From a virus (taxonomy: Duplodnaviria > Caudoviricetes), in IMG/VR virus record IMGVR_UViG_3300044623_000381, positions 1 through 52,155 of that record: 52,155 nucleotides of DNA. One strand, 5' to 3'. Positions 1 through 8,835 of the stretch are shown here, in pieces (the first letter of the stretch is position 1; the number at the start of each line of letters is the position of its first letter). The notes below the pieces were generated by a model. The model did not search any database. It had not been told where the DNA came from and saw only the letters and a program-made list of their open reading frames with translations. Made by a program: the position numbers and the translations under genes.

Positions 1-293
1 TTAGGGAGGGGCTATTGTTCCTCTCTTGTTCACAAGAGCAAACCAAACCACAATGCCAACCGACAACCAAAACCATACAAGACGTACGCATTAAACGCTC
101 AAGCCACTCACTGAAGCCGACCAACCAAAACGCTAAAAGCCTGCAATAGGAATCAGCGCGCGCGAGGGGCATACGTGTGGGATTGCGTTTCCGTTTGCGC
201 GTGCGTACGTTTATATATGTATATTATCCCCCAGATAATTATTTCTAACTCGAAATAATCAGGCCTACCATAAACATTTATTTATCTTAAGAT

Positions 294-619
294 GCTTCTG
301 ACGTCAACCCTTAGGTTGAGGAAGAAGCTGCAGACGTAAACTTATACATTGACGATAGTAGTCTAAACAGCTGTTAATTTGCCATCACGTGGGAGGTGGA
401 GGGGCCCTAAGGACCCGTATACCTCCATTACTCTGCTTTATATGGAGTAAAAACGAGTAAACAATATGTAATGATGGTCAGAAAGAACAGACCATAGTTG
501 TCGCTTATTCTGGGTATCTGAGCACTTGATGTGTTTCGTGACGAGTAGGGGGGTCTCTGCTTGTGCGACGACCCCCTTAGTACGTGATGTGTAAAAGCGA
601 TTGTCTTTTAGATCGCTTT
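294..619 (+). ncRNA. candidate structured RNA (or ssDNA) element with at least 6 hairpins and a long-range closing stem
   Basis: No ORF here. Stems 294-299/323-328, 304-309/314-319, 383-390/582-589, 392-397/421-426, 428-433/445-450, 474-479/490-495, 546-555/570-579 and 594-602/611-619. G-U pairs favour the + strand. Confidence 0.4.
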
Positions 620-655
620 GTCTTTGAGCACTGTCACTGCAGACCTTAGTCTATG

Positions 656-663
656 CGAAGGTA
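656..663 (-). promoter_or_regulatory. possible Bacteroidota promoter, TAnnTTCG variant (TACCTTCG), pointing into the structured region
   Basis: CGAAGGTA on the + strand, with TTG (CAA at 684-686) 20 nt upstream on the - strand. Confidence 0.35.
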
Positions 664-700
664 CGAATGGATTTACAACTTGTCAACCGACTATTTTTTG

Positions 701-708
701 TATATTTG
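701..708 (+). promoter_or_regulatory. Bacteroidota primary-sigma -7 box (TATATTTG) for the HNH gene
   Basis: Matches TAnnTTTG; TTG at 680-682; A-rich leader to ATG 731. Confidence 0.7.
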
Positions 709-730
709 CAAACAACAAAAATATAACACT

Positions 731-1468
731 ATGAAAATCCACCATATAAAGAACAGCTACGGGTCCAACAAGATTGTGATTGCATCAGACAGATCCGCAT
801 TCTATACATTTAGGAACAAGGCAGGTGATATATCGCCACTAAAGAAGATATACTGTGACGACAGGGGTTGGACCGTTGTATCTACTAATGGCCTCAAGAA
901 AGGTATATCCTTAAATATAGTGGAGATAGACTATGACAGGGAGTTCTCGTATAATTCATTATCGGGTCCAATAGGTATCTCTATAATGTGCGACTATGAA
1001 TCAGTAAAGAAATGGCTTGACAAAAACAACTGCAAGATTCTACCTGGAGGAATGTGTAGGTACGCTGTATCTAGAAAGGGGGAGGCATTTCGTATGTTTG
1101 ATAAATTTGGTAATCTAAAACCTTTTAAGTTAATTGGAGCTAAAAATAGTAGGGGGTATACACAGATTCATATTAAACAATTAGATGGTTCGACTAAATA
1201 TGTATTAATCCATAGACTTGTAGCATATATGTTTCTCAATCTAAGTTGGGACTCTAAACTTGACATCGATCATATAAATATGAATAAGGACGATAATAGA
1301 CTAGAAAACATCAGGGCGTGTACAAGGTCTGAGAATTTACAATTCTTCAGAGACCGAGTTGTAAAGCTGTACATAAGAAATGGAAGGGATATAGCAAGCA
1401 CCGCAAGGGCAATGAATATAACTCAATTTAAAGTATCGCAGTCATTGTCTATGGAAGGCGTTAAGTAG
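731..1468 (+). CDS. HNH (HNH_3-type) homing endonuclease with a C-terminal HTH-like segment
   Basis: IHRLVAYMF...DIDHINMNKDDNRLENIRACTRSEN motif. Start moved from 653 to ATG 731, downstream of the promoter. Codons look more AT-rich than in neighbouring genes. Confidence 0.85.
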   Translation: MKIHHIKNSYGSNKIVIASDRSAFYTFRNKAGDISPLKKIYCDDRGWTVVSTNGLKKGISLNIVEIDYDREFSYNSLSGPIGISIMCDYESVKKWLDKNNCKILPGGMCRYAVSRKGEAFRMFDKFGNLKPFKLIGAKNSRGYTQIHIKQLDGSTKYVLIHRLVAYMFLNLSWDSKLDIDHINMNKDDNRLENIRACTRSENLQFFRDRVVKLYIRNGRDIASTARAMNITQFKVSQSLSMEGVK

Positions 1469-1473
1469 AATTG

Positions 1474-1481
1474 TATATTTG
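1474..1481 (+). promoter_or_regulatory. TAnnTTTG promoter (TATATTTG), ATG 6 nt after the final G
   Basis: Exact consensus in a short intergenic gap. Confidence 0.7.
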
Positions 1482-1486
1482 CTGCT

Positions 1487-1954
1487 ATGAAACTAAGTAA
1501 CTACGTATCGCTATCGGAGGTCACCAAGAGTGATACTGCCAAGCGCAAGGGTATAGACAATACTCCAACCCCAGAGCACCTAGAGAATCTAAAGACAATC
1601 TGTACTGAAGTCTTTGATAAGGTGCGTGAGCACTTCGGTGTTCCTATCTACATCTCTTCGGGCTACAGATCTGCTGGTTTGAACAAGGCCATCGGAGGCA
1701 GCAAGAACTCGGACCATAATCTTGGTAGGGCGTTAGACCTAGACCAAGATGGTAGGGGTAATGGGATTACTAATATGGAAGTGTTTGAGTTTATTAAGGA
1801 CAACCTAGAGTTCGATCAGCTCATCGCTGAGTTCCAGCGTGCTGATGGAAACTTTGACTGGGTTCACGTTGGTTACCGCAAGGGAGCCAACAGAAAGCAG
1901 ATACTTGTAGCCTACAAGGAGGGCACCAAGACAAAATACAAACCATTTAAATAA
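1487..1954 (+). CDS. peptidase M15A family endolysin (Zn peptidase)
   Basis: ISSGYRS..LNKAIGGSKNSDH..GRALD and WVHVGY motifs. Confidence 0.9.
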   Translation: MKLSNYVSLSEVTKSDTAKRKGIDNTPTPEHLENLKTICTEVFDKVREHFGVPIYISSGYRSAGLNKAIGGSKNSDHNLGRALDLDQDGRGNGITNMEVFEFIKDNLEFDQLIAEFQRADGNFDWVHVGYRKGANRKQILVAYKEGTKTKYKPFK

Positions 1955-1962
1955 TATCTTTG
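1955..1962 (+). promoter_or_regulatory. TAnnTTTG promoter (TATCTTTG), ATG 6 nt after the final G
   Basis: Exact consensus in a 13-nt intergenic gap. Confidence 0.7.
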
Positions 1963-1967
1963 TACCT

Positions 1968-2375
1968 ATGAAAGCAAAGATGACTGTTTACCAAGAAGGC
2001 GGAAAGATGCCTGTTGGCACAAAGAAAAAGATGACCGATATGGAGATTGCCAAGGCAAACCGTATGGATATGTTAACCCAGGAGCGCAACACCATCCGAA
2101 AGAATGACCCCGATGCACTGGCCGCGTTTGATCGCGGACTAAAGGCGCAAGGATTTATGGTTAACAAGAAGCCAGCCGCTAAGCCAGCTGCCGCAGCCGT
2201 CAAGAAGATGATGGGCGGAGGAAAAATGGATATGTACTCTAAAGGAGGAAAGATGGATACGTACGGTATGGGCGGTAAAATGAAGAAGTACCTTATGGGA
2301 GGCCAAGTAAAGATTGACAAGAACAAGGACGGAAAGATTTCCGCCATTGACTTCAAGATGCTAAAAAAGAAGTAA
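1968..2375 (+). CDS. basic K/M/G-rich protein with [YM]xxGG repeats and a C-terminal EF-hand-like loop
   Basis: Five [YM]xxGG[KQ] repeats; DKNKDGKISAIDF. Confidence 0.7.
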   Translation: MKAKMTVYQEGGKMPVGTKKKMTDMEIAKANRMDMLTQERNTIRKNDPDALAAFDRGLKAQGFMVNKKPAAKPAAAAVKKMMGGGKMDMYSKGGKMDTYGMGGKMKKYLMGGQVKIDKNKDGKISAIDFKMLKKK

Positions 2376-2381
2376 ACAGTT

Positions 2382-2564
2382 ATGAAAGCCAAGAAGTACA
2401 ACTACGGTGGTAGGATGAGTGATGAGTCCGGTGAGGAGATTGAAATCAAATCAATGGATATGGCATCTGGGATGAAGCAGCTTGAAGCTGCTGTAAAAGC
2501 CTCAGGAAAGACTCCTAGCAGCTACAAGTTCAAGGCCTGCTTCTACGAAGAGGACGAGGACTAG
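2382..2564 (+). CDS. small hypothetical protein with an N-terminal KKYNYGG motif
   Basis: Tightly packed in the operon; shares the motif of the upstream gene. Confidence 0.6.
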   Translation: MKAKKYNYGGRMSDESGEEIEIKSMDMASGMKQLEAAVKASGKTPSSYKFKACFYEEDED

Positions 2565-2585
2565 ATATTGTAAGCAAAACTGCTT

Positions 2586-2804
2586 ATGAAAACTAAAAAG
2601 TACTACGACAGCAACCCCAAGGCTTACCAAAAGAAGAAAGAGTACGATACGGAGTATCACTCCACCGACGAGCGTAAGAAGTATCGGGCTGAGCTCAACA
2701 GAAAGAATCGTCAAGCCGGCAAGTACGGAAACGGAGATGGTCTAGACTACGACCATACCGAGCGTAGGTTCATATCAGCGGTAAAGAACAGATCTAAAAA
2801 GTAA
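2586..2804 (+). CDS. small basic protein with a degenerate HNH-like motif
   Basis: GDGLDYDH...NRS resembles small phage HNH-like proteins; operon position. Confidence 0.55.
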   Translation: MKTKKYYDSNPKAYQKKKEYDTEYHSTDERKKYRAELNRKNRQAGKYGNGDGLDYDHTERRFISAVKNRSKK

Positions 2805-2816
2805 ACAACCCCCAAT

Positions 2817-3512
2817 ATGAAAAGTACATTATTATCACTACTTGCTGCTTCAGCATTACTAAGCTGCGCGAGCGAAGAATCAAAAGACGCTAAGGCCCTT
2901 AAGATCCACGAAGGCCTTTATGCCTTCTGCGGAGCATCAGGTGCGGAGCTTACTGGAAAGCAGATCATAGTGCAAGGAAAGGTATTTGAAGAGGGCTGTT
3001 CTATCTGTCCAGTGTTGGATGGACCTTCGGTCTCTAACCTAGCTATGGATGGCTATAGCTTTAGCTGGGGCTCTGAGTTCAGTACCGATAGAAACTTTCA
3101 GTACCCGAACAACGACGGAAGCACAGTATGGGATGGTAAGTCAGTGTGGTCTCTGTACTGGTACTTTGACACTTCTAGCTTTGTTCCTCAGTACAATCCT
3201 AAAACACAGGATTGGGAGATGATGCACCCAAAGAACCGCTCGTTTATCGTTAACACAGACTACGCAGTAACAAGTGAGAGCAATATGTTCTGTATGCCCT
3301 GTGAGGTTTTCGATACCACGGAGACTGGAATCGTTCTAGCTAAATGCTACGGGCCTATGAATGAGGCTGCTGTTCCTCTTCGTAGGGCTATCGAAGTAAA
3401 GACTGGTATGAAGTCAATCACCGCAGCGATAGCAGGAAAGCCATACCCGGTGGGAACACCAGTTCCAGTTATGGAGATGAGCAAAAAAGCACAGAAAAAA
3501 GCAAAACTATAA
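2817..3512 (+). CDS. Cys-rich lipoprotein of unknown function
   Basis: Signal peptide MKSTLLSLLAASALLS-C (lipobox LLSC); CSIC and CMPC pairs. Confidence 0.7.
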   Translation: MKSTLLSLLAASALLSCASEESKDAKALKIHEGLYAFCGASGAELTGKQIIVQGKVFEEGCSICPVLDGPSVSNLAMDGYSFSWGSEFSTDRNFQYPNNDGSTVWDGKSVWSLYWYFDTSSFVPQYNPKTQDWEMMHPKNRSFIVNTDYAVTSESNMFCMPCEVFDTTETGIVLAKCYGPMNEAAVPLRRAIEVKTGMKSITAAIAGKPYPVGTPVPVMEMSKKAQKKAKL

Positions 3513-3685
3513 TGAAAGCCAAGAAGAAAGACAGCCACGTAATGGTTCCAGCACCAGCTGGTCATCACTGGATGATGGAGAAAGGTCGTTACTATGTGAT
3601 GGCTGACAAGGACGGAAAGTTTACCCCTCACGAAGGAGCTTCGAAGGAGGCAAAATTCCGGCTATACTCCGCCCATCAATCTTAG
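3512..3685 (+). CDS. 57-aa small protein (MKAKKKDSHVMVPAPAGHHWMM...), not in the ORF track
   Basis: TAATG coupling with the upstream stop. The AP.G.HWM motif resembles small phage proteins I recall; MKAK start shared with neighbours. Confidence 0.6.
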   Translation: MKAKKKDSHVMVPAPAGHHWMMEKGRYYVMADKDGKFTPHEGASKEAKFRLYSAHQS

Positions 3686-4250
3686 CCTGAGCGATAATCT
3701 TCTTGCCAAGGGGAGTATCCTCGTGGCCCTTTAGCTTTCTACCTAATAGAACTGTGGGGATGCCCTCTGCCCTGTTGGGTATGGTCTTGTTGATGGTTTT
3801 TTTGTCGTACTGAAGCTCCACAGTCTCCTTACCGGAGGCTATATCCCTCCACCTCTCTACAATCATACGCCCCTGCTGGGTTAGTGAGTACCTTTTGCGG
3901 TAGTTCCACCTGTTCTCATCGCGAAACCACATAGAGGTGTCCTTGTGGATGTCGATATCCTCCATCGAGAAGTAGTCGAACAGCAATTCCCGCTTCTTCA
4001 TCCTAACAGTAAGCCAGTCTTTGGTCTGATTGTAGGACTTCGACAGCTGTTGTGCCATCCACTCGATGGTAAAAAACTCTAGGTCGTAGGCGAAGAGCAG
4101 AAAGTCCACCTGTATTGGCAGGAGCTTATACTCCTGCTTCATAAACTTGTTGGCGTGCCAGACGAATTTGTATAGGGTAGGCCCGCGATCGTCGCGGTAG
4201 GCGAAGTCCCTAAACTTTAGGTCTTCCTTTTTCTTGAACTTTTTAGCCAA
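3621..4250 (-). CDS. winged-HTH (MarR-like) DNA-binding protein
   Basis: FLLFAYDLEFFTIEWMAQQL helix region and YSLTQQGRMIV wing motif; own promoter at 4274-4281 on the - strand; TTG start. Confidence 0.6.
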   Translation of the reverse strand: MAKKFKKKEDLKFRDFAYRDDRGPTLYKFVWHANKFMKQEYKLLPIQVDFLLFAYDLEFFTIEWMAQQLSKSYNQTKDWLTVRMKKRELLFDYFSMEDIDIHKDTSMWFRDENRWNYRKRYSLTQQGRMIVERWRDIASGKETVELQYDKKTINKTIPNRAEGIPTVLLGRKLKGHEDTPLGKKIIAQAKIDGRSIAGILPPSKLLREG

Positions 4251-4262
4251 TGAAGTAAATTG

Positions 4263-4281
4263 TATCTTTGTAGCAAAAGTA
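4263..4281. promoter_or_regulatory. interleaved divergent promoters: TATCTTTG (+, 4263-4270) and TACTTTTG (-, 4274-4281)
   Basis: Both are exact TAnnTTTG matches between divergent genes. Confidence 0.65.
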
Positions 4282-4287
4282 CGAAAT

Positions 4288-5253
4288 ATGGGAACACTTA
4301 GTGGTCAGCGCGTAAAAGATGCATTCGGTTCACTCCTTAAGATGGAGAGCGGAACAGCAACATCGACGACTAAAATAATTGAAGACGGAGCAGGAAACGA
4401 TACCGCCCTCAAACTGTCAACGGTAAAGGTTGAGGTAAACGGAACTCTTGCCTTCACCTCTGCCCCAAGTACTGGGTCTACTGAAGTAGCAGCCCTTTTC
4501 CTTGACGCTAGCAACAACATTGTAAAGCGTAACCTTGGAACAGCAGCGTTTACCTCAGGGTCTAGCCTAACGCCCGTAGCTCCTCTTGCAATTGCAAGTA
4601 ATGTAATCTCCATCAGTGCGCCAACGACCTTGTCGCAGCTGACGGAGTCTACCGTTGCCATTGCTGACACCTTCCTGATTTACGACGCATCTACTACCGT
4701 ATACAAGTACATCACCATTGAGGACCTTACCCAGTATGTAGGAGCCAACGTGACAGTTACGGCTGGAACAAATAACAACATTGTATACAATAGCGGCGGA
4801 GCACTCGCTGGAAGCGCTAATTTAAACTTCTATGACACTTCAGCTGCTGAGATTCTTGCATTTAGCGGTGATAAGTTCATTATCACTCCTACGGTTGCTG
4901 ACTCAGGCACTAGTTTCCGGAGTCGCAAAAGCTCTGTTGCTAACGGGGCTTCAGGAGCTACACTGTTTACATTCGGCCTCAGTGGTGAGGAAAAAATGTT
5001 GATTATGGAATACTTTGCCTACAACAATTCTCGCGATCGTACGCGAATCGGAACATTGTATGTGGTTGTAAACACATCTACTGGAACAGCAACGGTAACC
5101 GACACAATCAACGTATCTAACGGAGCATCTACATCCTCAAGTCTTACGCTTGGTGCAACACTTAGTGGGAACAACATTTTAATAACAGCAACAAACTCTA
5201 CTGGAGTAACCTACTTCTTCCTTGCTACTGAGCGTAACTTCTACATCACATAA
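4288..5253 (+). CDS. virion structural, fibre-like protein
   Basis: S/T/A/G-rich beta-type composition. Start moved to ATG 4288, after the promoter. Confidence 0.65.
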   Translation: MGTLSGQRVKDAFGSLLKMESGTATSTTKIIEDGAGNDTALKLSTVKVEVNGTLAFTSAPSTGSTEVAALFLDASNNIVKRNLGTAAFTSGSSLTPVAPLAIASNVISISAPTTLSQLTESTVAIADTFLIYDASTTVYKYITIEDLTQYVGANVTVTAGTNNNIVYNSGGALAGSANLNFYDTSAAEILAFSGDKFIITPTVADSGTSFRSRKSSVANGASGATLFTFGLSGEEKMLIMEYFAYNNSRDRTRIGTLYVVVNTSTGTATVTDTINVSNGASTSSSLTLGATLSGNNILITATNSTGVTYFFLATERNFYIT

Positions 5254-5546
5254 TGACAAAAGAAGAGGCTAGGATTGAGCTATTTATGTTTGCAAAGAAC
5301 AGCTTTGATGACATATTAAACAAAGCCGAAGATCTTGGTCTGCTTGATGACTTTATGATGATTGCATCAGCAGGTATTGTGGTGGACCAGATAGACGGGA
5401 ACAGCGTTGTTGAGTCTGTGTCTAACATCAACGTAGACACCAAGGAGGAGATGATTTCCTTGATCACATACCTTATGGGATCCTACAGCGAGGACGACGA
5501 AGCCGACGATACATCCAATATAGATTATTGGCTAAATTTGAACTAA
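5253..5546 (+). CDS. acidic hypothetical protein
   Basis: TAATG coupling with the upstream gene. Confidence 0.65.
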   Translation: MTKEEARIELFMFAKNSFDDILNKAEDLGLLDDFMMIASAGIVVDQIDGNSVVESVSNINVDTKEEMISLITYLMGSYSEDDEADDTSNIDYWLNLN

Positions 5547-5557
5547 ATTAAAATGAA

Positions 5558-5791
5558 ATGGAACTTATCAGAAAAATCATTGCTGGGACCGACCCACTGA
5601 AAGCCTTAGCCTACTATGTAGGCCAGAAGGCAGGGGACGGAGAGATCGACTCCATCGTTCTCGACGGTTCTCACCTCCACTACCACGGGGAGCGCAAGTA
5701 CCTAATATACCTAAAGAAGGAAGACACGCTTATGTTGTGGAAGACCATCGAGGGTATGCCAGTTATAGTAGAATACGACTGTAACTTCTAG
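5558..5791 (+). CDS. small hypothetical phage protein (IRKI..G.D...A..Y.VGQ)
   Basis: Operon position upstream of the GroES-like gene and terminase. Confidence 0.65.
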   Translation: MELIRKIIAGTDPLKALAYYVGQKAGDGEIDSIVLDGSHLHYHGERKYLIYLKKEDTLMLWKTIEGMPVIVEYDCNF

Positions 5792-5818
5792 TTGTAACCG
5801 ACTTACAACTTTTATTTA
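5790..5818 (+). terminator. AT-rich hairpin with a T-rich tail
   Basis: AGTTGTAA-CCGAC-TTACAACT followed by TTTATTT. Confidence 0.4.
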
Positions 5819-5832
5819 TTTTAATTAAACAT

Positions 5833-6411
5833 ATGATACCATTGTACCACATACTAGTGCACATACCTAGCGCTGTAAACGACACCATCAAGGTGGGAGA
5901 GTCAGAGCTTTACCTCGACACTAAGTTCAACGAGTTCCAACACCGCACTATGAAAGCGCTTGTTGTAGGCATTCCCGCCAAGTTCAAGTCCGAGCTAGAG
6001 ATAGGAGACTATGTATTCCACCATCACCACGTTGCACTCAACGACACCCAAGTCGTTGACCCTAAAGAGAAGATATACCGCGTCAACTACGACCCCTTCG
6101 GTGGTCAGGGTAACCAGGCATACCTTATCGAGAAGCCCGACGGCAGCCTTATTGCTGTTGCGGACTGGGTGTTCCTAGAACCCTTTGATATCGATGCTGA
6201 CAAAGAGAAGAGCTTCATAGAAATCATCACCCTCAAGGAACCAGAGAAGCGCTGGGGTCGTATCGTTTACGGCAGCCAGTGGCTAGAGGAAGAAGGTCTC
6301 GCTGTGGGCGACGTGGTGTACTTCGCCAAGGACGCAGACTACGAGATGGACATCAATGGCCGCAAGCTGTGGCGTATGCAAATTCACCACCTGATATGTC
6401 AAAAGCTGTAA
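5833..6411 (+). CDS. tandem GroES-like co-chaperonin
   Basis: Two GroES-like halves (..EIGDYVF.. and ..GLAVGDVVYF..DYEMDINGRK..). Confidence 0.65.
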   Translation: MIPLYHILVHIPSAVNDTIKVGESELYLDTKFNEFQHRTMKALVVGIPAKFKSELEIGDYVFHHHHVALNDTQVVDPKEKIYRVNYDPFGGQGNQAYLIEKPDGSLIAVADWVFLEPFDIDADKEKSFIEIITLKEPEKRWGRIVYGSQWLEEEGLAVGDVVYFAKDADYEMDINGRKLWRMQIHHLICQKL

Positions 6412-6689
6412 AGTTCACAACAGTTAATGCTGCGCGTAACCTCATCTCTGCGATGGAGGCTGCGATCAGCAATATGACCGAGGAGATCCGTAAGCCGGTA
6501 GACCCCGATTTAACGGGGTCCGCCCGCAAGGCAGAGCTGCAGGCTATCAAAGACACCGCCCTAGCCTGTAAGGAGCTTATCGTAGAGAGGCAGAAGCTAG
6601 AGCAGCTTGTTGGCGACATCGAGGAGTCCGGATCCTTTGAAAAGGAGAAGGACTTCAAGGGGGGCTTCGCCGAGAGGATGGCAAGATAA
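6396..6689 (+). CDS. putative terminase small subunit
   Basis: 97-aa helical protein (MSKAVKF...) coupled (TAATG) to the large terminase; assigned by position. Confidence 0.55.
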   Translation: MSKAVKFTTVNAARNLISAMEAAISNMTEEIRKPVDPDLTGSARKAELQAIKDTALACKELIVERQKLEQLVGDIEESGSFEKEKDFKGGFAERMAR

Positions 6690-8800
6690 TGGCTGGACTT
6701 AAGGTAATAGACAAGCAGGAGGTGATAAACATCTGTCCGAACAATTCGGACGGACCTATCATTGAGATAGAGTCCCTCAGCATCCAGTTACCAAAGCCGG
6801 AAAGTTTTCTCTTTAGCGACCTACCCAGGCATCAGCAGATGTGGAAGCGTCAGGACATACCTAGGGAGCTCGCTCAGATAAACTCTATGGACGACTGGTA
6901 CGAGTCACCGCGTGAGTTCCAGCAGAGGTGGAGCCCCTACATTGAGCAGGAGTTCAAGAGGCGTAAGGAAGGCCTGTGGTTTATGAACAACGGGGAGGAG
7001 ACCTACATTACGGGTCACCACTATATGTTCCTTCAGTGGAGCTCCATAGACATCGGATACCCTACGTACCTAGACTTCCAGCGTAAGCTGTTTGTCCACC
7101 TCTCGGCCTGCGAGTCAGACCCTCGGTGTCTTGGTCAGATATACACTAAGTGTCGACGTTCTGGGTATACCAATATGAGTGCAGCGGTGCTTGTAGACGA
7201 AGGTAGTCAGGTGAAGGAAAAGCTGTTAGGTATTATGAGCAAGACAGGAACAGACGCCCAGGAGGCGGTGTTCGGTTCTAAGATCATCCCCATATTCAAG
7301 GGCTACCCATTTTTCTTTTCTCCAATTATTGACGGAACGACTAACCCGCGTATGGAGCTCGCCTTCCGAGAGCCATCGAAGAGGATCACCAAGAAGAATA
7401 AGACGACCTCACGAGGTGAGGCCTTGGACACTATAATCAACTGGAAAAATACCACCAACAACGCATACGACGGAAGCAAGACCCATATGCTGTTTCTTGA
7501 TGAGGCTGGTAAGTGGCTGAATCCTAATGACATAAGAGAGGTGTGGAGAATCCATAGGACCTGTCTGCTTGTGGGTCGTAGGGTGATTGGAAAGGCGATG
7601 GTGGGGTCCACGGTAAACCCGCTGGACAAGGGCGGCAGGGAGTTTAGGAATCTGTACTACGACTCCGACCCTAACGACCGCAACGAGAACGGAAGGACCA
7701 AGAGCGGGCTTTATAAGATATTCATCCCAGCATACGATGCGATGGAGGGATTCTTCAGCCAGTACGGACTTCCTATTGTTGAAGACCCAGAGACTCCAAT
7801 GCTTACCGAAGACGGAACCATAACCGAAATTGGGGCTAGGACGTTCTTAAAGAACGAGAGAAAGGGTCAGCAGAATAACAGCTATGAGCTCAACGAAATC
7901 ATCCGTCAGTTCCCCTTTACCGAGGACGAGGCGTTCCGCGACTCGACCAAGAGTTCTCTGTTCAACATCCAGAAGATATACGAGCAGATACAACATAACG
8001 AGGAGCTTTATCCAAACCCTGTTGTCATCGGTAACTTCCAATGGAAAGACGGTAAGATGGACAGCGAGGTAATCTTCGCCCCCGACCCTAATGGGCGGTG
8101 GCGTGTGGCTTGGCTAGCACCTGCTGATATTCGAAATAAACGAAAGGTTGAGAACAATAAAGCTGTTGCCCCCAACGGAGCATTCGGGGTTATGGGTGTT
8201 GACTCCTACGACCTTGACACCACCCTTGACTACAGGTCCTCAAAGGGTGCCTGCCACGTATACAACAAGTTCTCAATGGAGCACCCATCCAATATGTTTG
8301 TCGCGGAGTACGCCTCACGGCCTCCGCTCGCCAAGATATTCTACGAGGACATCCTTATGGCTGCCGTCTTCTACGGATACCCTGTGCTGATAGAGAACAA
8401 CAAGTACGGCATCGCTAGGTACTTTGAGTCAAGAGGATACGATGAGTATCTTATGAACCGCCCTGCGCATCTAGCGTCTACCTCTTCAAAGATGAACGTA
8501 AAGACAAAGGGTATACCTTCCAACAGCCAAGATGTGATACAAGCTCACGCTCAGGCTATTGAGTCCTACATCCACGACCACGTAGGCCTCCACAATGAAA
8601 GTGGTAAGTTCGGAAGGATGTATTTAAACAGGACACTTGAGGACTGGATTAATTTTAAGATAGACGACAGGACGAAGTTTGACTTAACAATTAGCTCAGG
8701 GCTGGCGCTGCTTGCTGCCCAGAAGCAGGTTAAAGAAGTCAAAAAGACAAACTTCAACGAGAGGGTTTTCTTCCGCAAGGGTAAGGAAATTAGGCGATAA
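6689..8800 (+). CDS. terL: terminase large subunit
   Basis: Walker A-like KCRRSGYT, Walker B LFLDEAGKW, nuclease GVDSYD, IENNKYG. Confidence 0.9.
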   Translation: MAGLKVIDKQEVINICPNNSDGPIIEIESLSIQLPKPESFLFSDLPRHQQMWKRQDIPRELAQINSMDDWYESPREFQQRWSPYIEQEFKRRKEGLWFMNNGEETYITGHHYMFLQWSSIDIGYPTYLDFQRKLFVHLSACESDPRCLGQIYTKCRRSGYTNMSAAVLVDEGSQVKEKLLGIMSKTGTDAQEAVFGSKIIPIFKGYPFFFSPIIDGTTNPRMELAFREPSKRITKKNKTTSRGEALDTIINWKNTTNNAYDGSKTHMLFLDEAGKWLNPNDIREVWRIHRTCLLVGRRVIGKAMVGSTVNPLDKGGREFRNLYYDSDPNDRNENGRTKSGLYKIFIPAYDAMEGFFSQYGLPIVEDPETPMLTEDGTITEIGARTFLKNERKGQQNNSYELNEIIRQFPFTEDEAFRDSTKSSLFNIQKIYEQIQHNEELYPNPVVIGNFQWKDGKMDSEVIFAPDPNGRWRVAWLAPADIRNKRKVENNKAVAPNGAFGVMGVDSYDLDTTLDYRSSKGACHVYNKFSMEHPSNMFVAEYASRPPLAKIFYEDILMAAVFYGYPVLIENNKYGIARYFESRGYDEYLMNRPAHLASTSSKMNVKTKGIPSNSQDVIQAHAQAIESYIHDHVGLHNESGKFGRMYLNRTLEDWINFKIDDRTKFDLTISSGLALLAAQKQVKEVKKTNFNERVFFRKGKEIRR

Positions 8801-8810
8801 GTTAAGTTCG

Positions 8811-8818
8811 TACCTTTG
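8811..8818 (+). promoter_or_regulatory. TAnnTTTG promoter (TACCTTTG) for the portal gene
   Basis: Intergenic consensus match. Confidence 0.65.
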
Positions 8819-8835
8819 TCCATAAACTCCGATAA

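Noticed and set aside
294-650. Group I intron or IscB/HEARO element associated with the HNH gene
   Set aside because: There is no interrupted host gene, no convincing ordered P7 (R/S) pair, and no RuvC or PLMP motifs in the protein.
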